The position numbers were made by a program, and so were the translations under genes. Shown here in pieces: positions 49,501 through 60,700 of a stretch of DNA of 64,000 nt. Below the pieces are notes generated by a model. It was not told where the DNA came from and did no database searches. It saw only the letters and a program-made list of their open reading frames with translations. Source of the stretch: Antedon mediterranea (lineage: Eukaryota > Animalia > Echinodermata); NCBI RefSeq assembly GCF_964355755.1, contig NC_092671.1:434001-498000 (forward strand), read 5' to 3'. Every line of letters begins with the position of its first letter. The stretch's first letter is position 1.

Positions 49501-52500
49501 GATGTATATATATTGAAGTGGAACAGGAAAAAGCAAAATTGTTTCCAAGAAAAATCTTATTGGAAAAGAAAGTTATCAGATGGTCTAATAATTCAGAGTT
49601 ACCAACTGCAAATATGCAGGGCTACAATATTTAAAATAACAAAAACAACTTAGTGTGGGGGAAACCACCAAATAATAACCCCTGTACCGCCTCTGCATAT
49701 ACCCCAGACATCACAGTAGTAGGCAATATCAGAAATAATGACACATGAATAAGCTTAATGATTGATAACGTAAAGTTCTGCATGATATGGCGCGATAGTA
49801 CGATGAAAGATGACAGTCAACAGATGTGAGACAGCAAATGGACTGCTGATTTAATTAATGTCATCTAATTAAAATACTGACAAGCATTTAATTAATACTC
49901 TCTTGTCTGCTTACTTGTCTAAACATTTTTTTATGGCAACCGTTTCCAATATCAAAGTAAAAAGCAATTTTTGGTATTGCATACTCCTTTTAAATTAAGT
50001 AAATGTAGTGTTAAATTATTAAGTTATGTGGTTGCTGTCAATTTCTACATTTTGAATGGAAGGAGAGAAGGTGGAAACAAGTTCTTTGTTAAGTCTTATT
50101 AATAGATTAAAATAAGGATTCATTTCTAAAACTAAAGTTCTTTATACTGTACAAGTCTTCCCACATTCTTTATTAAAGTACGTATTAAACCCTCATCAGG
50201 ACAGACCTCATTAAGGCCAGCCAAACGTTGACATTCAAATGCTGTACTTTTTTATATAAATTATACAGAAGAAACAATTAGAGGTTTCTTCAGAATCTTT
50301 TATACCGGAATATTATTTTCAAATAAAACCATATAAAAGTAAATATAATCTAAAAAGCTATAAAATCTTCAAAATGGCTGTGTATGGACTACCTGTTCAT
50401 TGCCTACAATTGTAATGTATAAATCCTCAGTGATCAGCTCAAAACTTTTGTTGATGCTTTTATAGATTAATAAATAATAATAACTGACATATCTTTCTAC
50501 TTTATCAATATTCAAATCTAAAGAGTAATTGTAAGTTTGTATACTTTCTTTGTTATCCTTCCTACATACAAAGTTTACAGGCTATATGGATTTACCAGCA
50601 GCTTCAGATTCCGACCTTGATCAACGCTAACATATTTGGGAATAGTATTCTTTATTATAAAAGTAAATACTTGTGGGCATTTATATAATAAAATCTATTG
50701 TTCCCAACAATCTTTACACCTTAGTCAGTACTTAGTACTGTAGTAAAATAAATCTCTTAAAATTCAATTGTTTATATATTATTTTTGTTCAATGACCAAT
50801 AACTTTCCTGTTTATTTTATATCTCTAGAGCTCAATATGAGTAACTGTGTACTGTAGTATAGCACAATTCTGCACAAAATGTACTGCTACACATTCATAA
50901 ATTAATGTAGCAAAAAATGTTCCAAAACAATGTTTCTTAATGAGACTTTAGATCTATTATCAATTATTGCTAAAATAAAACTTTACAAATGAAATTTTTC
51001 CATGTAATGTATTACTATTATTAGAATTTATTTAATGATTGTCAGTAAAGAGAGTGAATGATGATTTACCTTGCCGTTCAATTTCTTCTTGCAGATATTC
51101 TTCTATTTCATCTTCTTCTGCTAAATCTAATGGAATTTCACCTTCACTATTTACAGCCGATAAATTACCTCCATTGTCTACTAAATATCTACAATCAAAC
51201 ATTTTGGTTTTTTTTAGTACATACACAAATTTTGTTCTTTTATTTATAATATTTGTTTATTTCATAATTTAATATTTTTTTTTTTATTGATTTCAATTTT
51301 GGTAGCCTTTCTGTAATTACTAATAGTTTCAATTTTAATTTAATTTTTTTATTTATTTCCCAACAATTTTTTTTATATATTAAAATTTACTCCAAATAGT
51401 TTGTCTTTATTTTTCTTAATAAATAACAGCCGCTGTATTTTATCATTCATTTTCATCATCGTAGTATTTTCTAGAATTTAGCTAGGAAAAAGCAACAGTT
51501 AAAAGTGGTCCATTAAAACTGTACATGTACCAACTAGAATATATAAGTTTAACATAACATAAAGCACATGGTGAATTTTCAAGAAAAGAACAAATCTCAT
51601 TTCCCTGAAATGGATTAAGATAAAGAAAGATACAACTTACTTTGTAATTTCCAAAAACCCACAAGAAGCACTAGCATGCAATGCAGTCCAGCCTTCATTA
51701 TCTTTTGCTTCTAAATCAGCACCATTTTCAATTAAAAATTCTACCATATCTAATTTTTCATCTATTACAGCCTGCAAGAAAAAAAATGTATATTCCAATA
51801 AGTGCAACGTACAAATTTTAGACATTGTGTTATTATTTTCATTTAATAATAGTTAGACAATATAATGAACTTTGAGTGTGCCAAGGAGTGGTCGCACCAA
51901 CAATGATATATCATCTAATTTTTCATCTACAGTACACACCCTTTGAAGAAATATTAATTTTCTTTTTATAAAGTCATGCTTTAATGATGATTGATGTGAT
52001 TCCAACTGATTGACCATGAAATGAAAAGTAAGCATATTAAATAATTAAGTTAGTAGAAACTCCTAAATTATACTAGAAACAAATAGCACACACAGCTTAT
52101 AATTATGGTGAAAAGGAGAGAACTATACTTTATGGCCTGACTGGGATAAGGGGAAATACAAAATCAAAAGTGAATGCTTAATTATTAACTACAGCTTAAA
52201 TCCAGATTACACATGACACAATTCCTGAGGCTACCTAAATTACTACAATAAACCATTAAATCCGGCTGTAGGAAAAAAGTAACAGATATGAACCCATAAT
52301 AATATTAATAGCTGGGATAGTATAAACATTTGAATGAGATGCATTGTCAGGAGGACAGGAGGAAGTGTAACCTGTCAAATGTTTTACTTGCCTATCTGAG
52401 GTAATTACTCATCAATATCAAGGTTAGTACTAAATAATGGTAGATGGTTGTAGTAATGATGTCAAAATAGGGTAAACCTAAATAAACTTATTAGAACTGG

Positions 52501-54201
52501 AGGGAAGACATTTTGAGCTCTAGATCACTTCACCAACAATTCGATTCATTTTTCTGTTTTCATTTAAAAAAAAAAGGCATCCCTTTTTTCTTTAGAATCT
52601 TTATAAGTCCCTGTAAAATAAAATGAGGTTTGGGATGACCCTAGTCTATAGTTTAAATGTAAGCTCATTGTTATAACAAACATACTTGATGTAACCTACT
52701 CAACAATTATCTTAAACTAACATGCTGATTCGTTCAATATGTGTGAAACATAGGTAATGACAAAGTTGAAATACTTATTTGCTATACAATGTTACAGGAC
52801 ATTTAATATAATAAAAGTGAAACTCTTAACTTTACATTGTTTAATGAGAAATTTTAGACAAAAGAGAAAGTTATTGTTTTCTTTGCATGTGGGATCAAAG
52901 TATCTCATGTTGCTGTTCTCAACATGGGTTATGGAAAGGCTGTGTGAAAATAAGAAATTACTAACTGGACAAAATCAGGGCCGTTGCCAGAAATGTTTAA
53001 ACCCACTCACCCACCCACCCACTCACAATCCCCCAGTACAGCTCGTCATATTTTAGATTATTTAAAAAGCATCTTTACTTGCTTTTTTTTTACTTCTCAC
53101 CTTGTAAATACAATGAATTTTTAATCATTTAATTATTTTTTGATAACTTATGATAACTTCTAAACTCAGGAAAAAAACATATTGTATTTTGTTTAGATGA
53201 AAAAAATTATCAAATCACACCTCCCATGGCCTGAGGCATGTGGATACACTACTAATGTATTCTGAACTTTAAAAATCAGGAAATTGTTAATTGTCATAAA
53301 ATACACATACATTTTTACAAATCGTAAAGAAACATGAAGCATATATTTCCACTTGTCTGCCTACAAGCCTAGAGTACTAGTACTAGCAAGACCAGACATA
53401 TTACACCAACAATGTGGTAAAGAGAGATTATTAAAAGGCCAGATAAAACCCAGCAACATTCGATTCAGTGAGCTTTAATACTCAACACTCATTACTTAGC
53501 CTTCTCTTTAAGTTAGACTTGACCTTGATCTTAATCTGGACAGACCCAGGCATCCAAGAAAGGGGATATTACTGCAATTAAAAATCTTAATCTATTTTAG
53601 TTAATAATGGTTAATTTCTATCATCATCTCTTCCTTCAACATGTTTGGTTAAATGGAGGTAGGCCTAGCTAGGCTCTGTGTTGTTGTGGGTTTGTAAGTA
53701 AGCAAACTGTGTAGTGATGAGTATGTACTGTGTTGTGCTTTAAAAACTTTGTGTGGGAGGTCCTGCTCTGGAGATAATGGAATGTGCTTAAAATAGTCGT
53801 GTTAGCCCAAACAATGCTATATTTCCATGCAGTATATATTCTACATGTATAATATACACATTGGTATATAATAATACGTTTACAATTAATTTTAAAGAGC
53901 TATTTTTGACAAAAAATATTAATTAAATAATGTATAGAGGGCGCTAAATTACCTGGTGAATTGCCGTCAATCCATCGATGTTTGCATAGTTTATGTCGGT
54001 CCCAGAGTCCAGCATAGCCTTCACTTCTTTTTGATCTCCACTTGCACATGATGCCAAAAACACACAACCTTTATCAAACTTTACTTTTGTAGTTTTCTTA
54101 GGATTAATTGCAGGTTCTTTATCTAATTCAGATCCTTTCCATCGTTGTAACTGTTCATGTCTTCTTACGAGAGCAGATTTCTGTTGACCGCCGTCCGCCA
54201 T
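22430..54201 (-). CDS. PPP1R12A: Protein phosphatase 1 regulatory subunit 12 (MYPT1-like), complete, 22 exons, about 900 aa
   Basis: MyPhoNE motif [10 protein letters not shown]1-docking KVKF, ankyrin repeats, RRSTQGVT and RRGTGV inhibitory-site motifs, C-terminal leucine zipper [17 protein letters not shown]. Hand-assembled exons sum to 2703 nt with consistent phases. An in-frame upstream ATG exists at 54228. Confidence 0.95.
24013..24063 (-). CDS. PPP1R12A: PPP1R12 penultimate exon
   Basis: [17 protein letters not shown]; 51 nt. Confidence 0.93.
24214..24363 (-). CDS. PPP1R12A: PPP1R12 coiled-coil exon
   Basis: [34 protein letters not shown]...NEKR; 150 nt. Confidence 0.9.
24474..24594 (-). 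CDS. PPP1R12A: PPP1R12 exon ([19 protein letters not shown]...CQNCKK)
   Basis: Phase 2-0, 121 nt. Confidence 0.8.
24683..24741 (-). CDS. PPP1R12A: PPP1R12 exon ([19 protein letters not shown])
   Basis: tttttacag|...cag|gtacag; phase 0-2. Confidence 0.8.
25756..26974. repeat. Minisatellite, ~54-bp unit, interrupted by a SINE
   Basis: Unit CAGTATAAAGACAGTACAGTAAAACAAATGAATATACTGCATATATACATTATA-like on both sides of the SINE at 25895-26242. Confidence 0.95.
25895..26242 (-). mobile_element. Full-length tRNA-derived SINE with a Deu/Nin-like central domain and (CAATT)n tail
   Basis: A-box TGGCCGAGCGG and B-box GGTTCGAGGC. Central TCGGATAAGGACTATAAACCGTAGGTCC...GAGTAGGGGGTTACCCCGGTGT resembles the DeuSINE core as I recall it. 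Microsatellite 3' tail. Confidence 0.85.
29066..29176 (-). CDS. PPP1R12A: PPP1R12 alternative exon (probable alternative first exon) [37 protein letters not shown]
   Basis: 111-nt Ser/Tyr/Gly-rich, GC-elevated ORF that starts exactly at ATG and ends at donor aaa|gtaaga in phase 0, compatible with exon 24683-24741. Confidence 0.7.
32588..32730. mobile_element. MITE family A copy
   Basis: aaactttatgtgac...ctagtttgatagtgtagacagagctt; contains two CCATATTTGG. Confidence 0.75.
33179..33214 (-). CDS. PPP1R12A: PPP1R12 36-nt exon ([12 protein letters not shown])
   Basis: ttcatttag|...|gtaaca; frame-preserving, acidic. Confidence 0.7.
33318..34820. repeat. Minisatellite, ~36-bp unit x~40
   Basis: Unit GCCACTAATAAGGTGAGCTACTATGAAGGGCAAGGGGA-like. 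Confidence 0.97.
35496..35724. repeat. 55-bp inverted repeat enclosing a ~57-bp direct duplication
   Basis: Arms 35496-35551 and 35669-35724 with 2 mismatches; the arm matches dispersed repeat sequence at ~6105-6167. Confidence 0.85.
35800..35914. mobile_element. MITE family A copy with both TIRs
   Basis: AGCGCTGTCTACACTATCAAACT ... AGTTTGATAGTGTAGACTGAGCT, flanked by TTA/TAA-like sequence. Confidence 0.85.
36052..36167 (-). CDS. PPP1R12A: PPP1R12 exon with RRGTGV (Thr853-equivalent site)
   Basis: [38 protein letters not shown]; 116 nt. Confidence 0.88.
36518..36653 (-). CDS. PPP1R12A: PPP1R12 exon ([12 protein letters not shown]...NNNVK)
   Basis: Phase 0-1, 136 nt, needed to restore phase for the next exon. 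Confidence 0.75.
37185..37350 (-). mobile_element. tRNA-derived SINE family 2, degenerate copy
   Basis: Shares GTGAGTTACAACCCTGGCACTAGGTCAGGATTG with the copy at 63200-63399; B-box-like GAGTTCAATCC. Confidence 0.65.
38218..38262 (-). CDS. PPP1R12A: PPP1R12 45-nt exon ([15 protein letters not shown])
   Basis: ttttttcag|...|gtaagt; frame-preserving. Confidence 0.65.
38438..38461 (-). CDS. PPP1R12A: PPP1R12 24-nt microexon (ELQKDNKV)
   Basis: ttgttttcag|...|gtaagt; frame-preserving. Confidence 0.65.
38607..40840. repeat. Minisatellite, 48-bp unit (with 18-bp sub-repeats) x~46
   Basis: Unit CCCAAGTGTAGGCTATCATCCCAGTGTACGCATATCCCACAGCTTATA; fills almost the whole intron. Confidence 0.97.
40908..41091 (-). 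CDS. PPP1R12A: PPP1R12 exon 12 with RRSTQGVT (Thr696-equivalent site)
   Basis: [42 protein letters not shown]; 184 nt. Confidence 0.93.
41983..42198 (-). CDS. PPP1R12A: PPP1R12 exon 11 (Ser/Thr-rich, symmetric phase 2-2)
   Basis: [19 protein letters not shown]...TTTITTSPR; 216 nt; acceptor position less certain. Confidence 0.72.
42713..42822 (-). CDS. PPP1R12A: PPP1R12 exon 10
   Basis: [36 protein letters not shown]; phase 0-2, donor ag|gtaagt. Confidence 0.8.
43036..43168. mobile_element. MITE family A copy abutting the exon-9 donor
   Basis: AGCTCTGTCTACACTACCAAACTAGTTTGAC...CCCAAATATGGTAG...GGGCACATCACATAATGTTTGACA. Confidence 0.75.
43171..43359 (-). CDS. PPP1R12A: PPP1R12 exon 9
   Basis: [30 protein letters not shown]...RRSASTPR...KDK (conserved WRxGLxKTGS and RSASxPR motifs); 189 nt. 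Confidence 0.9.
46339..46464 (-). CDS. PPP1R12A: PPP1R12 exon 8 (acidic stretch; NAGNAG acceptor)
   Basis: tttacag|CAG...; [26 protein letters not shown]...MKKE; 126 nt. Confidence 0.85.
46867..47040 (-). CDS. PPP1R12A: PPP1R12 exon 7
   Basis: [29 protein letters not shown]...GQEKE; phase 0-0, 174 nt. Confidence 0.85.
47195..47315. mobile_element. Tc1/mariner (pogo/Tigger-like) MITE
   Basis: TA|CAGTCAACTTTCT...CCGGAC ... GTCCGG...GAGAATTGACTG|TA. Confidence 0.65.
47447..47521 (-). CDS. PPP1R12A: PPP1R12 exon 6
   Basis: [25 protein letters not shown]; 75 nt. Confidence 0.93.
47802..47946 (-). CDS. PPP1R12A: PPP1R12 exon 5 (ankyrin)
   Basis: [48 protein letters not shown]; 145 nt. Confidence 0.95.
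48858..49017 (-). CDS. PPP1R12A: PPP1R12 exon 4
   Basis: [24 protein letters not shown]...[17 protein letters not shown]; 160 nt. Confidence 0.95.
51070..51188 (-). CDS. PPP1R12A: PPP1R12 exon 3 (ankyrin)
   Basis: [39 protein letters not shown]; 119 nt. Confidence 0.95.
51641..51771 (-). CDS. PPP1R12A: PPP1R12 exon 2 (ankyrin)
   Basis: [43 protein letters not shown]; 131 nt, GT-AG. Confidence 0.95.
53953..54201 (-). CDS. PPP1R12A: PPP1R12 exon 1 (MyPhoNE, KVKF, first ankyrin repeat)
   Basis: [21 protein letters not shown]...[14 protein letters not shown]...GLTAIHQ|gtaatt; aagATGg context. Confidence 0.95.
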
Positions 54202-54259
54202 CTTTGCTACACCTTCATTACCCACCATTCATTGCGAAGCAATCGCCCAAAAAATTTCG

Positions 54260-54320
54260 CTGGCACGTGGGGGAGAAGTTGCCATGGATGTACATGACGT
54301 CATTCTTTGTTATTGGTAGA
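54260..54320 (-). promoter_or_regulatory. PPP1R12 proximal promoter motifs
   Basis: E-box CACGTG 54264-54269, full CRE TGACGTCA 54295-54302 and CCAAT (attgg 54312-54316) clustered 60-115 nt upstream of the ATG; second CRE near 54951. Confidence 0.5.
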
Positions 54321-57072
54321 TCCATCTACTTCTACTACCCCCACGATTTTGAAAATCCTAATTAATGAATTATTGTTAGTTTTATATAATAATTGATAAT
54401 GCTTGAGTCATTTTTGTATTTTAATATTCTTATTTACAACATTTAAAATAAAATAATAACGATTTTAACAAAAGTATATAGTGCTAGTCTTCTGTAGTCT
54501 TCAATATGACCTGCTCAATAAGTATTATCAAAGAGTAATAAATATTCACTAAAAGAGTAGAATTAAAGTATTTCAACATAATTATTTTTCACTTCATGAG
54601 AAAAATTATTTTCTTTATTTTTTTTTTCACTTTAACACTATGATTTTTTAGTTTTCTCGAATCAGAAACAGGAACATAACTAGGCATACTATTTTTATAC
54701 AAAATAAAAAATTAATTACAATTAAACATATTAAATTAATTTAGATTAGAATTATTTATATTTTTTATAAAACGCATACAATTATTGGTATAGCGGAGGG
54801 GGTATTAACAGAAGATGGAGTTATGTAGAGAAATAATCTTGTCCCAACTTTGGAGTAGAACCTTCGGCCGCTAAACGAAAACCCGTCCGTCTGAGGCAGG
54901 CGGTTGCTTCTCATTCCTTTGCCATATATAGGGAAGTTATTCTAAGCTCTTGACGTCATAGTAGGAGAGCCCTATGTCGGTTAAAACCGTCATAATCGCT
55001 CTGAATCTTGCCGTAGTCATTGATACCAGGTGTATTATCAAAAAGTACACTCACACTAATTTGTACTGTCGGCTGGTAAAGGACAGATGCATCAATTTAA
55101 TATTAAAACTTATTATTTTCATTGTTATTAGATTAAATTATTCCAATTAATTTTTATTGCAAAAATTAAATGATTAAAATAATGGTAATGTAGTCATGCG
55201 GTCACATTCTTATTATATCGCGTTATTTTGAAGGAAAACATTCAATAAAAAATAATCACTAATTTACTATTCAATGCAGATCAACAAATTAACCCAAAAG
55301 TTGGAAAATAATTATTCATTTGCGCTAAAGTACATGTACAATTTTTATATTACATTTTTTACATAATTATTTTAAAACACTTACAATCCAGGGAGTTATT
55401 TTACAACTCCCTGTTACATACAATCCATCCGTGCCATGCCGCCAAGTAGAGCGCGATGGACAATGATCCTCTTCGCGTCATGATTGGTCAAATAACCGTC
55501 CGTTGCGTTGCGTCCTGGGAGTTTCCCCCACTCGGACGCAACGCCAGTAATTGCGCTGTGTTTGTACGCCATGCGCTACATACAGCCGTCGCGAGAACCA
55601 AACATATATTGATTTAATACTTGTAGGGAAAAATTTATCTTTAATATCTATTCAGAACGATTGCATAATTCTTAACTAGACAAGGACAAGTTCAAATAAA
55701 TGTCATGTCTAATGAGTCAACCTGGTCTGATAGTAAATAAAATAATTATCACAATAATGTACCTGGATGGCACGTGGGCGGCTCGCCCAGGGATCTTGAT
55801 CAGAAATTACCAATCCGACAGTGTAGCTTGCTAGCTGGAATTTGGTTCTGAGAAGTGAAAATGCGCGGTTTAAAAAGAAAAGCTAGTTTCTAAATAGTTT
55901 TCAGTAATTCCCTCAACACCACCTTTCAATAAAGCAAGAAGTATTTTTATATTAATTTCAAAATACAATTCTTTTCAAAGTCCTCTTGGCTCATCTATTT
56001 TATGATGCCATATTTTTTAATTAAAAAAGATAATTTACGATGGTATTTTATGCTGATTTCAATGAAAACTTCGCTTTTGATTGTTTGATATTTAAATACA
56101 GATCCCTAATTCACATAAATCAATGTTGTCAAATTGAACAAGATCTATGAATTTTTTTTTTAAGTTGTGGCTCTTGTTCTAAACTAGGAATCATGGAAGC
56201 GTCACAAAAAAATACCAAATTTTATTCAAATGAATTATAGATTAGTAATCATTAGAATTTACAGGAATGAATTCAATTAATCAAATTGAGTGCTTATCAG
56301 TTAAAAGAATATCTCTAAAAGATTTCAAATGTTAGAAATATTATTAAAATAATGGATTCTAGAGAAAGGACACCATTGGATATAATCATTTACTGTAGAC
56401 TTAACTGGTTAATTAAATCTTTATATGTATTGTATTTTACTTGAAGGATATCAAATAAACTCAATCAATAAATCAGCAAAAAAATAAAATATGGTCATTT
56501 TTACTGTAGACAAACCGTATAAGAACAACTCGTTTCAATAATACAATTATTTTAATTAAAGTAATTCTCAATGAATATCACATGTCTTTTCATATATATA
56601 TTTTATGCACTGCATAAAAAAATTATAAAATAACATTATGAATATGATATGTTAAAATATATTAAGACCATCGAATAGTATTAATCCACTCAATATTAAT
56701 GTAAAGATTATGAAAACAATTATTTCCAATAGGCAAATAATTATACAAGTCTAAAACTGATCAAATTAAAGAAGGTAACTTACAAGAGTATCATTATAAA
56801 ATAAAAGATGATATACAGTATAATCATTTAATATTAGTATTAGAAAATATTTAGATTATGATGTAGTTGATTAAAGACAAAATATCATATCAGTTATTAC
56901 ACATGATACCAAAATATGTACACAATTTATACACTATATTTTATACAACTAGCTGACACAACAGTAACATGTTATGAAATGCATAAAAAAAAACCTTGTT
57001 TTTCATTCTGAAATTGTACTGTATTGAGAATGGAAAACAACATTTCCCCGTAATAGAGGTGTACCCTAAACA

Positions 57073-57418
57073 GGGGTTGACTGTAGTGTTAAAACATGTT
57101 TCTCCTTGTTTGTTACACATGAATAGGGGTGCCCAAAGGAGGGGTTGACTGTAGTGTTAAAACATGTTTCTCCTTGTTTGTTACACATGAATAGGGGTGC
57201 CCAAAGGAGGGGTTGACTGTAGTGTTAAAACATGTTTCTCCTTGTTTGTTACACATGAATAGGGGTGCCCAAAGGAGGGGTTGACTGTAGTGTTAAAACA
57301 TGTTTCTCCTTGTTTGTTACACATGAATAGGGGTGCCCAAAGGAGGGGTTGACTGTAGTGTTAAAACATGTTTCTCCTTGTTTGTTACACATGAATAGGG
57401 GTGCCCAAAGGAGGGGTT
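57073..57418. repeat. Minisatellite, ~69-bp unit x5
   Basis: Unit GGGGTTGACTGTAGTGTTAAAACATGTTTCTCCTTGTTTGTTACACATGAATAGGGGTGCCCAAAGGA. Confidence 0.95.
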
Positions 57419-57749
57419 CTACTCTATCAACGACTTAATTGTAATGATAAACTTTGTATTACTTTTAATTTACTAAATGATATAAAATAGAGTAAATTAA
57501 TAAATTTACCCTGAGTGCATTTGTGTCAAGCACATTTCTCAATTTTAATTTTTGGGCATTCTCTTGCTCCTGTTGATATCCTTGCCTACCAGTACATGAT
57601 GATTCTCAGATAAAATACTTAAGTATTTGAGGTTTTAGCAGTGACTAAAACAGAAGATGGTGATTCGCATGAGATCAATTGTATAGTAGGGTGTCTACTG
57701 TGTCAGGTGTAATCCGCAATTCTGGTCACAATATCATTGTCCAATCAGA

Positions 57750-57794
57750 TCAGAATGTTAGTGCATTCAATATAAAAAGACGTTCTTCTTCTTT
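57750..57794 (-). CDS. MON1: MON1 last coding exon
   Basis: tttatag|KEEERLFILNALTF*; matches the MON1 C-terminus pattern. Confidence 0.88.
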   Translation of the reverse strand, partial: KEEERLFILNALTF

Positions 57795-60700
57795 CTATAA
57801 AGAAACAATAAAAAAAAAAATTGACTAAAAAGCTTGGTTACCATTTGGACGAAAATATGCACAACACCAACAGATCATCCGAACCGTTCCTTGAGATTTG
57901 TCTTTTGTGTTATGTATACTGTACATCCCAGCGTTAAATCTATTCTTAGTGGGAACCAAGCATTAGTAATACTAGTTTTGTTATATTTTGATAAAGCGTT
58001 TTAATGTTCAACAAAATGTGGGTACAGATGAAATGAATACTGTCTCTAATACAATTATTGTACTCTAAAATTATATAATAACTCCATTAAGGAAAGTAGA
58101 GAGAAGACATTATATAAGAATAACTCCATTAAGAAAAGTAGAGAGAAGAGATTATATAAGAATAACTCCATTAAGGAAAGTAGAGAGAAGACATTTCAGC
58201 TGTTAGAGTAATGTTATCAACTCATGCTAACCTATATATCATGTATGTTGGTTAACAGTGAGATACTTAGAATACCATTGGTCATGTTCACCTGGTCTAG
58301 AGTAACATACTCTAATTGTAACATTAAAGGTCAACATTATGAGAAAGAAACAGAAAAGCCATTATTATCCTCAGTGGTAGAATAACTAGTGTTAGGAGAT
58401 TCACACAAAGGCAACATTGAAATACGTAAACTTGTTGTTTGTGAAATTATGTTTTTTGGAATTCAATTTTCCCATTTTTTGCAATAATTGCCTTCCATAA
58501 ATATAATGGTCTATTAAGATTATACAAAACCTATAGGTGACTCCCTTTTATTAAAACTGTTAATATTTACTTGGCTAGGCTGTACTGGTTCAAAATGCAG
58601 ACTCAATATTACAATTAACATCAGATAACATACTTTGTTCATCAGACTAATTTAACCTAATGATATTCTATATGAACATTACAATACTATGAAATGTAAT
58701 CATTGAATTTGCTTTCACTGCACCAAGTAATGTGTTTATTATGATTATTAATGGATAAATAATACCACAGAGAAGTTGATTGCATTCTGTTGGTGTGAAT
58801 GATAACTCAATAAGGGGACACTGCGATCTGGTAGTAACTAAGCTTGCTACTTAGATGAGGTCAATAAGGCCCAGGTTTTTAATTAAGTTGACTTCAACAG
58901 CTGGCCTGGATGACAGGTGCAGTAACAAAACATTTTGTGTAGCTTATATAACAGCGTCGCCAAATATTGCAATATATATTTTTTTATTCTCATATGTTTA
59001 TTTGTTTTATATTCTCTTGTAAAGCATTTTACTAGTAATAGTATATGCGGTTGTAGTTACACATTATTTGATTTCTAACATTTTCTTTTAATTATCTATA
59101 TTATATACTATACAAACTGTTCAGAATATACGTATATTGTATTAAGCTATGAACATATGAATGTTCCTATAGACAAATTATCTATCTTTTATGTGATGTG
59201 AATTATATTTTGTTTAACAAATTAGTTTTATCATAACAATTAATTTTCGTTACATTTTTATGAAACGTTTATTATCAGATTGAATTAATTTCAAAACAAA
59301 TTATAATAATCAATAACAATTACAACTGAACATTTTAATTCTTAATTTGCATATGTTCATAGTTACTCTATATAAATTACAAACAGATTATTCAAAAGTA
59401 TAATACATACAACCAATGAAACACATGCCATCATGATAGGATTTTATATTTTGACATGAAGATATCATCAGGAATGGTGACATAATCAGTCAAGGTGACA
59501 TAACGAATGCCAAAAGTGTGCATCAATCATAAATCAGTAATTATTGATAAATAAGAAATGCGATTCAATTGAACATTAAATGTAATTTGTAACACTAACA
59601 CATAGGTTATTAAGTAGTAATGCAGCATTGATATAAAAACTAAATGAATTTAGAAGATTTATTTTTAAAAACAATTCCTCTTCATAAATAAGCGAGACAA
59701 GGAGATGAAGACTTTAAACCTGCCAGATTTTATGTTGATATGGATTATCCTGTGAACATTGGTAACATTTCTCTAAATACAGATATTACCATATAGTGGT
59801 GGAAAGGTGCAGATGTATATAACTTGGTAAGACATTTTGCACAGGCATATCATCAAAAATATAATTAGGTTTAAAAATACAATTTAACACCTGCTATGCG
59901 ATACAATAAAGCACCTGGCCTATTTGTCAGAATACAGTTTACCCCTGATGTGTCAAAACTATTTAAAATAATGGCAAGGGGGAGATATAACCTTTATACT
60001 GAATGTTGCCCTCTCTGTACAAATGTAAACTGTCATCTTTAATTATTTATACCTTGGGGTTAAAGATTTCAAAATAATGATTTTTACATTATGTAATGTA
60101 TACTGTATAGTGTTGGTGTGTACATTTACTTGTATGCTACAATGTATACTGTATAGTGTTGGTGTTTACATTTACTTGTATGCTACAATGTATACTGTAT
60201 AGTGTTGGTGTGCACATTTACTTGTATGCTACAATGTATACGTATAGTGTTTATGTGTACATTTACTTGTATGCTGTAATGTATACTGTATAGTGTTGGT
60301 GTGTACATTTACTTGTATGCTACAATGTATACTGTATAGTGTTGGTGTGTACATTTACTTGTATGCTACAATGTATACTGTATAGTGTTGGTGTGTACAT
60401 TTACTTGTATGCTACAATGTATACTGTATAGTGTTGGTGTGTACATTTACTTGTATGCTACAATGTATACTGTATAGTGTTGGTGTGTACATTTACTTGT
60501 ATGCTGTAATGTATACTGTATAGTGTTGGTGTGTACATTTACTTGTATGCTGTAATGTATACTGTATAGTGTTGGTGTGTACATTTACTTGTATGCTACA
60601 ATGTATACTGTATAGTGTTGGTGTGTACATTTACTTGTATGCTACAATGTATACTGTATAGTGTTGGTGTGTACATTTACTTGTATGCTACAATGTATAC

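Noticed and set aside
54922-54932. CArG box upstream of PPP1R12 (CCATATATAGG)
   Set aside because: Seven A/T between CC and GG, so not canonical.
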